Shown here one piece after another: positions 8,939-19,449 of a DNA stretch of 64,000 bases. Source of the stretch: Escherichia coli. Lineage in GTDB: Bacteria; Pseudomonadota; Gammaproteobacteria; Enterobacterales; Enterobacteriaceae. The stretch lies in assembly GCF_050320075.1 (NCBI RefSeq), contig NZ_CP190018.1. One strand, given 5' to 3'. The notes under the pieces are model-generated. The model had not been told where the DNA came from and did no database searches. It saw nothing but the letters and a program-made list of their open reading frames with translations. Position 1 is the stretch's first letter. The number at the start of each line of letters is the position of its first letter. Position numbers and translations under genes: made by a program.

Positions 8939-9967
8939 ATGATTATTGGTAATGAATCCGTCGATCTGGCTCCGCTGTTTAGTCTGCACGACTCTCGCAA
9001 CTTCCTGTTAACTTCTCTCGACTTTACTGATCCGGTAGGTGTGAGTTCTCATAAAGTGGCTGTTAGCCAACTGGTGGAAACTAACGAATCTCTGTTCAAC
9101 AAAGAAACCTCTCGTTTCTCTTCTGAACATAACGTGACTAAACGTGAACAGGGTAAAGAATTTTTAGTAGAGATCCCCTACTTCCTGCGTGAAGATATGA
9201 TTAAGCCGCAAGACGTGCAAGGCAAACGTAAACCAGGCGCTACCGTTGAAGAAACTCTGACAGATATCTACGCGGAATATGTTGCTAAGCACCACATTGC
9301 TTTCCAGCGTACTAAAGAAAGCGTGCTGGCTGCTTCCCTGTTCTCTGGTCGCACTTACACCCCTAAAACTGATGATGTGCTGATCCAGTGGGGCGATCTG
9401 TTTAGTGTTGTTCCGATGACTGCAACCATCGACGCATCAAGCACCACGCCTTCTATGGTGTTCCAGCAATTCGATCAGATGCATACAGACGTTATTACTA
9501 AAGCACAAAGCCAGGCGGCTGCTGTAGAACGTATCGTTGTATTCTGTAAACCTGCTGCTTTCAACGCTATCCGTTACAGTGCTGGCATGGTTAACGCGTT
9601 CCAGTATGCAAGCCCTACCGATGACGCAAACATCGTTTATAGCGTGCGCTCCCTGCTGCCAGGTGTGACTACCTTCACTATTCCTGGGACTAACATCGAT
9701 ATCGTTAAAGTTACTGATCCGCTGCTGCTGGCTCATATGACTTCTGATGCGGTTGCTGTTCCGAAGTTCGCTAAAGGCTCTAACGTCTATCAGAACATTT
9801 TCAGCGCTCCTTCTTCAACGTTCGACCTGCTGAATTCTGGCGCGGCTGAATATTACAGCTATGCGTTTAGCCCAGCACGTAACGACGCTGTAAACGTAGT
9901 TACTGAGAATAGCCAGATGGTTGTAAACCACGGCGTAGGCTTCACTGTACAGATCACAGTAGCGTAA
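8939..9967 (+). CDS. putative major capsid-like protein (342 aa)
   Basis: Size and position (after a ~120 aa protein) resemble a lambda D/E-type head gene pair; AAGGAA RBS; codons strongly optimised (CGT, CTG, TCT, AAC, GAA) unlike neighbouring genes. Not confirmed by homology. Confidence 0.45.
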   Translation: MIIGNESVDLAPLFSLHDSRNFLLTSLDFTDPVGVSSHKVAVSQLVETNESLFNKETSRFSSEHNVTKREQGKEFLVEIPYFLREDMIKPQDVQGKRKPGATVEETLTDIYAEYVAKHHIAFQRTKESVLAASLFSGRTYTPKTDDVLIQWGDLFSVVPMTATIDASSTTPSMVFQQFDQMHTDVITKAQSQAAAVERIVVFCKPAAFNAIRYSAGMVNAFQYASPTDDANIVYSVRSLLPGVTTFTIPGTNIDIVKVTDPLLLAHMTSDAVAVPKFAKGSNVYQNIFSAPSSTFDLLNSGAAEYYSYAFSPARNDAVNVVTENSQMVVNHGVGFTVQITVA

Positions 9968-10120
9968 TAAAGCGTTAATAGTCGTTTCCTGTGCGACTGG
10001 AAATAAAACAGGCAATAAGGGCAAAAGGGATTATTAAACCTGTAGCGCAAATACAGTAAACAATCTCTTTTGCCCTTTTTTCGTTTATACCGTCTATTAA
10101 AATATTGTGAGAGAAAAATC

Positions 10121-10312
10121 ATGAGCGAACAAAACAACAATCCAGTTGAGATCCTGAAAGCTGTTTCCACCTTACCGGAAGATATTCTGAATATCTCTCA
10201 AGTGTGTAAGTTTTTAGGGATCTCTAATACTGCTGTACGTCAAAGAATCTTCACTACTGGCTGCTCAGCTATGGAAGCAGTGCAATACTACGTAACAAAA
10301 CAAAACAAATAA
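10121..10312 (+). CDS. hypothetical small protein (63 aa), possible HTH
   Basis: Internal ATG of ORF 10070..10312 (MSEQNNNPVEIL...); segment ISQVCKFLGISNTAVRQRI is helix-turn-helix-like. Confidence 0.35.
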   Translation: MSEQNNNPVEILKAVSTLPEDILNISQVCKFLGISNTAVRQRIFTTGCSAMEAVQYYVTKQNK

Positions 10313-10330
10313 AAGGTAAAGGAAAATATT

Positions 10331-12172
10331 ATGGATTTAAACATCTCAACCTTAACAAACAAGGTTGTATTTAAAGTTGATTTTGCATCATTACAGAAAG
10401 CAAGGGACGCAGGGAAGAAATTTCAGAAAGAAATGGAAAACCTAACCAATCCAACATTGAAAGGGAAGAAGGCTAAACGAGCTATAGACGAGGCTCATGA
10501 TCTGGTAAAGGCTCGTAAAGCTGCACAGGCTAAAACTGATGCCAAAGCGTCAGACAAGCAAGCTCAAACCGATAAGAAGAACGCTGATAAGGTGGCAAAG
10601 GCAGAAGCTAAAGCGAAGGCTAAAGCCGCTATAGCTGCCGATAAACAGATCCGCGCTAAAGCGACAATAGCAGAGAAAGCAGAGATTAAGCGCCAGCAAG
10701 CTTTCAGACAGCTTGAAGGGATTAAGAAAGGGCGTATGGGCGACGGTATGGACTCCGCCCAATACTACAAAACGTTGCAATACATCAAAGCACAAACGGC
10801 AGCGTATGAGAAAGGCGCTATTAGTCAGGCTAAGATGAATCACCTGATCCGTGATCGTATCACGTTAGAACGCCGTGCGGCTGCTGTAAAAGCTCGCCAG
10901 GTGGCGGCTGATGGCGGTAAATATCCACATATGGCTAAACAGCTTAAAGGCGGTCATATAGGCGGTGGTGTAGGTGCAATGGTGGGCGGTGCCGCTCTCA
11001 CTGCTGCCACTCTCGGCGGTGCTGCGATATTCAATACCGTAACCGATCAGGCAAGCAAGATCACAGACACTAACCGCAAGGCAAAGGCTGTCAACGTAAA
11101 CACTAACGCCCTGTTAGCACTTAATCAGTACGGCTTAGAACACGGTGTCGATAGTTCCGTAGACCAACGTCAAGACAACCTTAAAGACGTTCAAGAGCGT
11201 TTAGGTGAATCCGTAGGGAATACCAAATGGGACGCTAAGAAAGGTCGCTGGGCTGGCGGTAATGGTGCCGTCGATAACATCCTTAATAAATATGGTTGGA
11301 GTCCTGAACAGATTAAAGGTTTCCAGACTGATCCATTAGGTTTCCTGGGCGCTGTAGTGAAAGAAGGAGAACGCCGTGGACTCTCTGATCAGGAGCAGGG
11401 TCACATCCTTGAAGACCTTGGAAATGATTTACAATATTTCCGTGGTGCTTTCAGTCGTAACGGTGAAGAGCTAAATAAAACCATCGTTAAGATGCAAAAA
11501 GCCAATGCCACCTATGCGCAAGCGGATCTTGACGCTGCTGAACGTCTGCAAGCTGTACAGGCTAATATGAATATGGCCTGGGAAGGTAGTAAGAAAGCTA
11601 TCATGACGGGATTCGGTGAAGAGTTCGACGCTCAGGCTGGTGAAGAGTGGGCGCAAATGTTGAAAGATCTCAATCCTCTGTTTAAAGAACTTGGAAGCTC
11701 AACGGCTGAAATGATGAGCGCCTTTGCTGGTGCTGTATCGTGGCTTACTGCTGCATACCAGAATATAAATCCAGAGAACAAACATGAAAACCTTGATTCG
11801 TCCGGTATGTATTATAAGGATTCGTTTGTAGGCGGCATGGTTGATTGGGGTCGTAGTGCTTTAGGCTTATCGCCTATCCCTGGCACGGAAGACAAGCCAA
11901 CGACTGGCGGAACTGCAATTCAGAACTATTCAAGCCCGTCCGATAACGTGCAATCCCTGAAAGAGAACGTTAGCCGTGATCTGAACACTACCCCATCTAT
12001 GACGTATGCGCCAAGCATTGTCGTAAACGTGCCAGAAAGTAAGGTTGATGTGAATATCGCTCCTGATGGTAGTCAGCTTGGATCATACCTCGATTACAAA
12101 GTGGGAAGTATCCAACAAGATTTTGAACGTAGTTTCACGTTGGCGGCTCTGTCTGGGCAAGCACCAAGTTAA
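10331..12172 (+). CDS. large coiled-coil / glycine-zipper protein (613 aa); tape-measure-, scaffold- or DNA-pilot-like
   Basis: Lys/Ala-rich coiled-coil stretch (KAKAKAAIAADKQIRAKATIAEKAEIKRQQ), then glycine-zipper hydrophobic segment GGHIGGGVGAMVGGAALTAATLGGAAIF. Function inferred from composition only. Confidence 0.5.
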   Translation: MDLNISTLTNKVVFKVDFASLQKARDAGKKFQKEMENLTNPTLKGKKAKRAIDEAHDLVKARKAAQAKTDAKASDKQAQTDKKNADKVAKAEAKAKAKAAIAADKQIRAKATIAEKAEIKRQQAFRQLEGIKKGRMGDGMDSAQYYKTLQYIKAQTAAYEKGAISQAKMNHLIRDRITLERRAAAVKARQVAADGGKYPHMAKQLKGGHIGGGVGAMVGGAALTAATLGGAAIFNTVTDQASKITDTNRKAKAVNVNTNALLALNQYGLEHGVDSSVDQRQDNLKDVQERLGESVGNTKWDAKKGRWAGGNGAVDNILNKYGWSPEQIKGFQTDPLGFLGAVVKEGERRGLSDQEQGHILEDLGNDLQYFRGAFSRNGEELNKTIVKMQKANATYAQADLDAAERLQAVQANMNMAWEGSKKAIMTGFGEEFDAQAGEEWAQMLKDLNPLFKELGSSTAEMMSAFAGAVSWLTAAYQNINPENKHENLDSSGMYYKDSFVGGMVDWGRSALGLSPIPGTEDKPTTGGTAIQNYSSPSDNVQSLKENVSRDLNTTPSMTYAPSIVVNVPESKVDVNIAPDGSQLGSYLDYKVGSIQQDFERSFTLAALSGQAPS

Positions 12173-12228
12173 TGATAAAGAGAATGTTTAATCACCATTT
12201 AAAACACTCTTATAAGGAATTAAGCATA

Positions 12229-12259
12229 TAAGAGGCTCCCATTACAAGGAAGCCTCTTT
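12229..12259. terminator. bidirectional terminator-like hairpin between convergent 613 aa gene and integrase
   Basis: Inverted repeat AGAGGCT(CC) ... (GGA)AGCCTCT flanked by A/T-rich runs. Confidence 0.4.
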
Positions 12260-12279
12260 ATTGCGCCTATGGCGTTGTT

Positions 12280-13441
12280 TTAAGCCTTAAAATCAATATT
12301 TAATTCATATCTTACTAATTCTACATATTCAGCTAATTCTGGAATGCTTGCCCCTTGTGAGTAGGTGCGAAAGGCTTCTGTTTTAGCTCTCTGCTCTGTA
12401 TGTCCGGTAATGGCACCGATCCGCTGTTCAGGCACTCCGGCACGATCAAGACAAGTGATAAACATCCCGCGCAAGCTGTGAAAGCATTGTCTATTTGTAG
12501 CGATTGGCAAGACGCTACGACGTAAACGTGAGAACGCTTGAGAATAGAACGGGCCTTTCTTACCGTCGATTCTTTTTACTTTGTTCGAGTGAGGGAACAA
12601 ATATTCACCATAATTATGATTTAAATATTCATCGACAATAATCGATAGTCTCGAATGTATCGGAACGTGCCTGATCCCTGCTTTAGTCTTACTTTTGCTG
12701 ATATAAAAACAGCGTATTCCTTCCACAGTTACAACCTCTGACTTTTTCAGACTTGCCAGTTCGTCTAATCTGCATCCTGAAAACAAGCCCATTAAAATAA
12801 TATTTCTGATCTCCGGCTCCGCTGCATCAAGTAGCTTTTGCATTTGTTCAGGTGTAAACGGTTGATAACTCTCGATTGTGCGACGTGCTTCGAGATTATG
12901 ACCGTGAAAAGGGTTACTGTCTGGTATTCCGTCATAACGGCGTTTAGCAAATTCATAGAGCGATCCTAAGCATGTAAGCCAGTTTTGACGAGATTGATCG
13001 GCTGCTCCTCGTTGCTTCTGGTCATCTAAGAATACTGTTACAAGCCGTCTGCCTATTTTCTCAATATGAATATCATCTTTCTGAATGCTTTGTAAAAATA
13101 GCTCAACGGCCCTTGCTGATTTCTGTAGTGTTGAGTATGAACGACGCTCTCTGTAGCATTCGGCGTATTCGTCACGTATTAAGCATAGGGAAGGCGATGC
13201 ATAACCGCGTTTTACGGCTCTTTGCGTGTTTTTATTGGCCCTTGCCTCTGAATGTAAGGATTCAATAGCTTGTTGTAACCTCCTTTCGGGGTTATCAGGA
13301 TTATGTTTCCGCTTTAGTTCCTCCCATTCTAATAATAGATGGTTTCTGAATCTTCTCGCCTCATTCAGATCTCGTGTAGATGTGCTTTTTCTCCACAACT
13401 TGTAAGGGTAAAGATGACGTAAGTATTTAGGAACAAAAATC
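12280..13441 (-). pseudogene. tyrosine recombinase / integrase with 5-prime end disrupted by IS1
   Basis: C-terminal catalytic motifs of tyrosine recombinases (R in GCRLDEL, HSLRGMF, GHTEQ...FRTYSQG). The ORF's first 5 codons (to 13455) lie inside the IS1 inverted repeat, so the native start and promoter are missing. Confidence 0.8.
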
Positions 13442-13496
13442 GGTGATGCTGCCAACTTACTGATTTAGTGTATGATGGTGTTTTTGAGGTGCTCCA

Positions 13497-13772
13497 GTGG
13501 CTTCTGTTTCTATCAGCTGTCCCTCCTGTTCAGCTACTGACGGGGTGGTGCGTAACGGCAAAAGCACCGCCGGACATCAGCGCTATCTCTGCTCTCACTG
13601 CCGTAAAACATGGCAACTGCAGTTCACTTACACCGCTTCTCAACCCGGTACGCACCAGAAAATCATTGATATGGCCATGAATGGCGTTGGATGCCGGGCA
13701 ACCGCCCGCATTATGGGCGTTGGCCTCAACACGATTTTCCGCCATTTAAAAAACTCAGGCCGCAGTCGGTAA
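13497..13772 (+). CDS. insA: IS1 InsA
   Basis: 91 aa product matches remembered IS1 InsA ([32 protein letters not shown]...). Confidence 0.95.
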   Translation: MASVSISCPSCSATDGVVRNGKSTAGHQRYLCSHCRKTWQLQFTYTASQPGTHQKIIDMAMNGVGCRATARIMGVGLNTIFRHLKNSGRSR

Positions 13773-14194
13773 CCTCGCGCATACAGCCGGGCAGTGACGT
13801 CATCGTCTGCGCGGAAATGGACGAACAGTGGGGATACGTCGGGGCTAAATCGCGCCAGCGCTGGCTGTTTTACGCGTATGACAGGCTCCGGAAGACGGTT
13901 GTTGCGCACGTATTCGGTGAACGCACTATGGCGACGCTGGGGCGTCTTATGAGCCTGCTGTCACCCTTTGACGTGGTGATATGGATGACGGATGGCTGGC
14001 CGCTGTATGAATCCCGCCTGAAGGGAAAGCTGCACGTAATCAGCAAGCGATATACGCAGCGAATTGAGCGGCATAACCTGAATCTGAGGCAGCACCTGGC
14101 ACGGCTGGGACGGAAGTCGCTGTCGTTCTCAAAATCGGTGGAGCTGCATGACAAAGTCATCGGGCATTATCTGAACATAAAACACTATCAATAA
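13691..14194 (+). CDS. insB: IS1 InsB reading frame (expressed as InsAB by frameshift)
   Basis: 167 aa ORF overlapping insA in the -1 frame, typical IS1 organisation. Confidence 0.9.
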   Translation: MPGNRPHYGRWPQHDFPPFKKLRPQSVTSRIQPGSDVIVCAEMDEQWGYVGAKSRQRWLFYAYDRLRKTVVAHVFGERTMATLGRLMSLLSPFDVVIWMTDGWPLYESRLKGKLHVISKRYTQRIERHNLNLRQHLARLGRKSLSFSKSVELHDKVIGHYLNIKHYQ

Positions 14195-14478
14195 GTTGGA
14201 GTCATTACCCTTTGGCTATGAATAATTCTGATTTGACGAATCCAGAGGACTTATAGATCACTGTCTCCGGTTTAATAACTTGAATATAATCTAATTCTAA
14301 TATTTTAAACGCCTAATGATTTTTCAACACGGGTGTTATTCTGCTTACGCAAAAATTTTATTTTTAATTATATTTCATTATTATTTCATCAATGTATTCT
14401 TTGGATTTTGCTTATAATAATAATGGAAGGGATGATTATAAATGAATGCGTTATTGCATTTACACTCAGGATGAATAT

Positions 14479-15111
14479 ATGGGAAAGATTAAAATTGTAG
14501 TTTCAGATCAGCAGCCGTTTATGATTGATGGGATAATTGGATTTCTCGGACATTATCCCGATTTATATGAGGTTGTTGGGGGCTATAAAGATCTGAAGAA
14601 AGCTATCGCGGAGTGTAACAAATCTGCAGCCCAAATATTTATTTTAGGAGAATTTGCAGGTGGAATGATGGGGTCCGAACTCATAAAATGGGTTAAATCG
14701 CATAAAATAGATGCTCATATTATTACATTTGTAGCAAAAATGCCGTATATTGATTCAATAAAATTGCTTGAAGCCGGTGCGAAAGGATGCGTATGGAAAA
14801 CCAGTCATCCGGCGAAACTAAATCGCGCTATTGATTCGATTAGTAATGGTTACACTTATTTTGATAGTGTACATATGGATTGTGAAAAAATATCTTCAAG
14901 ATATTCCTCTGATAATCAACTTACAAATCGTGAGTCTGAAATACTACAACTCATAGCTGATGGGAAAACAAACAAAGAAATCGCTAATTTCTTGCAGTTA
15001 AGCAGGAAAACAGTCGAAACTCATAGACTCAATATCATGAAGAAATTAGATGTTCACAGTGGTATCGAGTTGATCAAAACAGCTTTACGTATGGGTGTTT
15101 GCACTATATAA
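14479..15111 (+). CDS. ygeK: LuxR-family response regulator (ETT2 remnant)
   Basis: 210 aa from [12 protein letters not shown]; C-terminal LuxR-type HTH ([39 protein letters not shown]). Confidence 0.8.
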   Translation: MGKIKIVVSDQQPFMIDGIIGFLGHYPDLYEVVGGYKDLKKAIAECNKSAAQIFILGEFAGGMMGSELIKWVKSHKIDAHIITFVAKMPYIDSIKLLEAGAKGCVWKTSHPAKLNRAIDSISNGYTYFDSVHMDCEKISSRYSSDNQLTNRESEILQLIADGKTNKEIANFLQLSRKTVETHRLNIMKKLDVHSGIELIKTALRMGVCTI

Positions 15112-15129
15112 AAAAAAGAGGCTTTAGGT

Positions 15130-15633
15130 TTATTTTGCTAAAGCCTTACGCTTGTCTATTTCATTAAGTCTGGTATATACAACATATATTTTTTTTGCAT
15201 ATTGCAGCCTCTTTTTTTTGTTTTCCATTGCAAAACCCGCGTTATATGTCCCCAGACATTGCCACGTTACCCCACAACGTGAAAAATGATTATATAAAAT
15301 CTCGGTCCCTATTTTAATGTTCAGACAGGGGTTATCTAACAAATCTCGTCCATCTTTTATTATTCCACGTTTTTTTAACATGGGAATGTGCATCTGGTTT
15401 ATCTGCATTAAACCATAATCAACACTCTTTATATTGTTTTTCTTATCCCTGTTTTTGCCGATGCTATCATTTTTTAAATTACTTTCAACAAGAGCGATAG
15501 CTTTGATCAAATTTGGTTCGATTCTGAAAATTGATCCTGCTTCATTAAAGCAAGCGCTACTGGCGAAAGACATTTTTGTAATTAATATAGAAAACATGAA
15601 GATGGATAAGATTTTAACTTTGGGTAAGCGCAT
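15130..15633 (-). CDS. pbl: IagB-like lytic transglycosylase (T3SS-associated)
   Basis: Signal peptide plus soluble lytic transglycosylase motifs (ALVESN..., GLMQIN, TYNAG). Confidence 0.8.
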   Translation of the reverse strand: MRLPKVKILSIFMFSILITKMSFASSACFNEAGSIFRIEPNLIKAIALVESNLKNDSIGKNRDKKNNIKSVDYGLMQINQMHIPMLKKRGIIKDGRDLLDNPCLNIKIGTEILYNHFSRCGVTWQCLGTYNAGFAMENKKKRLQYAKKIYVVYTRLNEIDKRKALAK

Positions 15634-15716
15634 ATATTTTTATGTGTAGGATTGAAGGAAAGGAACGAGATACTAATATATTCAGTATCTCGTTAATCAT
15701 TTAAGTGGTCAATTAT

Positions 15717-15935
15717 CTACCATTCCAGTTCATAGTAAGGAGAGATAGGATTATCTTTCGAATACATATCATTTTGAAAAGATGCCATCCATGTTGAAAC
15801 TATAAATGCTTGTATTTGATCTGTATCAGTAGTACTGGTGGTGATGTGTTTATCTAATGAAACGACTTCATCACCCGTTGCGGTTGCTATATTTAAACTT
15901 TGAGAAAAATTATTCATATTGATTGGATTAGTCAT
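15717..15935 (-). CDS. ygeI: hypothetical ETT2 protein (72 aa)
   Basis: Size and position match remembered ygeI between pbl and ygeH. Confidence 0.55.
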   Translation of the reverse strand: MTNPINMNNFSQSLNIATATGDEVVSLDKHITTSTTDTDQIQAFIVSTWMASFQNDMYSKDNPISPYYELEW

Positions 15936-16102
15936 AAAATTCCCTTTTTTATTTGTCCAGGCCAATAGCCTATACACAATACTTTTTAATCTAGAGTATT
16001 TGATATATATTGCAATAAGGTAATTATCTTAGATGTTTTCATCTCTGTTGTTGACATAACCAGTTGCATACATCTAAACAATAAAATTGCGACAATAAAG
16101 AT

Positions 16103-17479
16103 TTATCGCATACAAATTCTCGTCAGTTGCTTTAGTTTCAAAATGTTGTCAATTATAACTCGATGGCTTTCACTCGAAGTTTCTTTATAGTAGAGTTTCA
16201 TGTTGCTTTTGAGCGGGTTAGGCACATACATATCTACACACTCTTTTATCACAACTGCTTTTCGTCTTCTGGGTTCGAGTTGTAGTGATTTGTCTATACA
16301 AATCCTTGCCTCTTCAATTCTTTCATTATGAAAATTGACAAGTGCTCTATAGTAGTAGAGAGAGGCTATATCAGTTGTGTGTATCTTAGCCTGTTCAAAT
16401 AAGATATGAGATACTTTTGCTTGTCCAGACAGACCAGTTATCAGTCCCATAATAGCTAAAATTTTTCCATCGACATTGGTTATGTCTGATACATAATGTA
16501 AAAGCTCTAATGCTTTTTGAGCAGCAAGTTCAAGTTCATACTTTCCATGAAGTGCCAAAGACATATGGCATTCCGCTAGCAGACAATAACATTCTATTTT
16601 TAGCGTCTGTATATCACTTTTATTTTGTAATCCATCAAATATAGCCATAGCCCTGTAAATGCTTTCAGGAGTAAACTCGTAAAGTTCTTTCTTACCAGCC
16701 AACAGTTCATCTGATAAATAATGATTCTTATAACCTTGGTCCGGTTTAGCTAATCTTACAGAACGCTCTGGATTATGTACCGTTTGAAGGATATTATCTA
16801 TAATAAATTGTGATGTGTTATGTAGTTCATCAACAGGAAGATGATTACTGGCGATGAGGAAAAGATTTTTAGCGTCGATCAGTTCAATGTATAAAGTTTT
16901 CACCGCGTTATTCTGGTTTATTCTTCCTGTAACGAAATAATCTGGCTTGAATCTTCTCAAAAATGAATTTTGCGATATGTGATCATTACAAAAATTTGTC
17001 GCAGCCATCGGATAGGTATAAAGGCCATCGATTTTTTTATTCGAAATGTTTTGCACTAATTCCTGATTAAGTATTAATGGATCCAGAGTATTCAATGAAG
17101 TGGTGAAAGGAAATATAGCTATGGAATAGTCTGAAGTGTTATCTTCATTTATTTTAGTTTTGAAAACCTGTCCACTGAAACGATAACCTTTCCGGTAGAT
17201 TGTTTCTATGCAACGATCATAGCCAATTTTTTCAAAAATGCAGCGCAAAGAATAGATACATCTTGTCAGGGACTCGTCACTTACAATAATATTTTTCCAT
17301 ACTGATTCGATGATCATATCTTTCAGGACAACATGACCAGCGGATTCAAGTAATACGATCAATACTCCTAACTCTTTCGGTGGAATATAAATCTGCTCAT
17401 TTCCTTGAGTAAGAATTCCATCTTCCGTGAGCGTTAATCCCTCGAGAAAATGATATGAGAATTTATTTTCTAAGTCCAT
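16103..17479 (-). CDS. ygeH: HilA-like transcriptional regulator (OmpR/ToxR-type winged helix plus TPR region)
   Basis: 458 aa; N-terminal winged-helix DNA-binding domain, large C-terminal helical region. Confidence 0.85.
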   Translation of the reverse strand: MDLENKFSYHFLEGLTLTEDGILTQGNEQIYIPPKELGVLIVLLESAGHVVLKDMIIESVWKNIIVSDESLTRCIYSLRCIFEKIGYDRCIETIYRKGYRFSGQVFKTKINEDNTSDYSIAIFPFTTSLNTLDPLILNQELVQNISNKKIDGLYTYPMAATNFCNDHISQNSFLRRFKPDYFVTGRINQNNAVKTLYIELIDAKNLFLIASNHLPVDELHNTSQFIIDNILQTVHNPERSVRLAKPDQGYKNHYLSDELLAGKKELYEFTPESIYRAMAIFDGLQNKSDIQTLKIECYCLLAECHMSLALHGKYELELAAQKALELLHYVSDITNVDGKILAIMGLITGLSGQAKVSHILFEQAKIHTTDIASLYYYRALVNFHNERIEEARICIDKSLQLEPRRRKAVVIKECVDMYVPNPLKSNMKLYYKETSSESHRVIIDNILKLKQLTRICMR

Positions 17480-17813
17480 TAGTTATCCTCTATGAAAAAA
17501 TTGGTTTCTTGCATCCTGCATAAGCAATAGAAATTGTGGCTATTCATATTTATGTGTCATTAATGCTACAGGAGTTTACATTCGACATATCTATGATTGT
17601 GTTCACTAATTTATCTTAGGAATTCAGTGATGTAATCTGAAATAGCCTTATTCAATTTTGATAAAATAGATTGTTCTCTAACGCGTTGAAAAATAGTAAT
17701 TTATAGTGTGTTCTTAACTGTTTTAAGATGTTGATTTAAGAAAACATAAGAGAAGCTGGTCATAGTGGTTAACTGCACTATAACCAGCAATTTTTACCAA
17801 ATGCTTGTAATGC

Positions 17814-18305
17814 TTAGCCATTATCTTCTGAATTATCGGTTAAGAGTTCAATATATGCCTGCGCTTTGCTCTTAACACTTTCATCCTCACAATTGTTAAT
17901 AATATGATAGAAACATTGCATTGCGTTATCGATATTTTTAGCCCCAATTTGACATTGACCCATACGATAAATAACTGAATAGTCATCATACGGGGAGTAA
18001 TTGTAACTTAGTTTGTAAAGGTCATATGCTTGTTGATATTTCTTTTTTGACTGGCATACTGATGCAAAACCTTTTAGATATTCATGATTTTCGAACGCAT
18101 AAATGCACAGAAATTTATAATAAATTTCTGCGTCCGTTATATTACCTTTTTCATGGTAGTCGAATGCATATGCATATATTCTATCAAGGATATCAGGAGT
18201 CAATCCATGTAGTAATGCCAGATTTTCTCCTTGTGATAATGCGTGTTTTAGTTGACTTGCCCATTCATCACTGTTATTGAATATTTCAAGTGTATCTGTG
18301 CTCAT
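17814..18305 (-). CDS. ygeG: SycD/LcrH-like tetratricopeptide T3SS chaperone
   Basis: 163 aa from MSTDTLEIF; TPR-like repeats; the ORF track's longer form has an N-terminal extension. Confidence 0.8.
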   Translation of the reverse strand: MSTDTLEIFNNSDEWASQLKHALSQGENLALLHGLTPDILDRIYAYAFDYHEKGNITDAEIYYKFLCIYAFENHEYLKGFASVCQSKKKYQQAYDLYKLSYNYSPYDDYSVIYRMGQCQIGAKNIDNAMQCFYHIINNCEDESVKSKAQAYIELLTDNSEDNG

Positions 18306-18528
18306 AATATTCCTCTGTGATGTGTTTCGTGATGCTAAATTATTATTAATTGACTCATTATTTTTTGCATTTATCTTTTTTGAATTATGAGTTTTAAGCT
18401 TGCATTGCTTAAGGGTATATTGGTTCATTATTAGTAAAAATACTGACCACTATAAACCAATAATGTCATTAGTTTTTTTCTAATATTCACCTTATTAGTT
18501 ATCTTATTTACGACATTTCATAAATGCC

Positions 18529-19020
18529 TTAATATGCATGACCTTGATTCATATTATCAATTTCCCTTTTTTCGATGAAAATTAAAAAGGGGATTTTTGC
18601 GAAGGGTAGTAAGTCGTCTAGTTTTTTTTCTTTATTATGTCTGGTGACGAGGGGGGATAGAACGTCGGTGCATATAGTAGAGAATTTATTCAGGTCTAAA
18701 TTATTCTCTATTTTGGCCAGTTTTATGAGTTCATTTGTAGCCATACTCATTAAATCATCTGTTATCGGAAATTTATATATGCTCATAGCCGATAATATTG
18801 CTTGCTGAATTATTTCTTCAGAAATATCCGCTATCTTTATTGACAAATCATGTGTTAGATATTTTCCTCCAAGAGATTCTTGTTCAATATAATTTAAACC
18901 AGACCTCATCGTAATTTTAACTGGATTCACGTATTTCTCTTCATTTTTCTTATTTTTGTTCTCCTGATCAGGAACTAATGGTTGCAGTGGTAGGCTATTA
19001 TTAATATTTCGTGGCTTCAT
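18529..19020 (-). CDS. ygeF: hypothetical ETT2 protein (163 aa)
   Basis: ORF track; position upstream of ygeG. Confidence 0.55.
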   Translation of the reverse strand: MKPRNINNSLPLQPLVPDQENKNKKNEEKYVNPVKITMRSGLNYIEQESLGGKYLTHDLSIKIADISEEIIQQAILSAMSIYKFPITDDLMSMATNELIKLAKIENNLDLNKFSTICTDVLSPLVTRHNKEKKLDDLLPFAKIPFLIFIEKREIDNMNQGHAY

Positions 19021-19449
19021 TTTACATTTCTCTCATTTGATTAGAGCAAAATCCGAATTCGCAGCTTCTGATAATGTCAAATATCACCTTTTCTCATGCT
19101 TTATTCTATCAAAAATCGCTCATTTTTACTTTTTTTACCATAATGTTACTTAGTGGCATCGGCAATTTACATAACTTACATGTTGTTTTTTATATCCTGA
19201 AAAAACAGATAGATAGTGTGCACACTCGAAATGATATTGGTAACATAAATAGCTTTATTCGTGACAAACATCTCAAAAGATTTCCTTTATTATTTTCGAA
19301 ATTCATTTGATCAAGGTTATCACCTTATGGAGACGTTACGTAGAATGACTATATTTGTTATCGGCACATTAGGGGTATTAAATTTAGTATTGATGGAAGG
19401 TGATTATTGAACAGTAACATCGAGTCACGGTCAAAATGTGAGGTATATA

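Larger units (their letters stand above)
13442..14209 (+). mobile_element. IS1 insertion sequence (768 bp), complete, no flanking target-site duplication
   Basis: Left end GGTGATGCTGCCAACTTACTGATTTAGTGTATGATGGTG at 13442, right end ...CAATAAGTTGGAGTCATTACC at 14209; flanks ACAAAAATC versus CTTTGGCTA do not match. Confidence 0.95.

Noticed and set aside
8518-8989. Minus-strand ORFs (131 aa and 126 aa) overlapping the 123 aa gene
   Set aside because: Antisense to a gene with strong codon bias and a ribosome-binding site; products are low-complexity. Treated as shadow ORFs.
13468-14160. Additional ORFs within IS1 (13468..13680, 13530..13745, 13640..13909, 13870..14160)
   Set aside because: Alternative-frame or antisense ORFs inside a well-known insertion sequence; only insA and insB are real.
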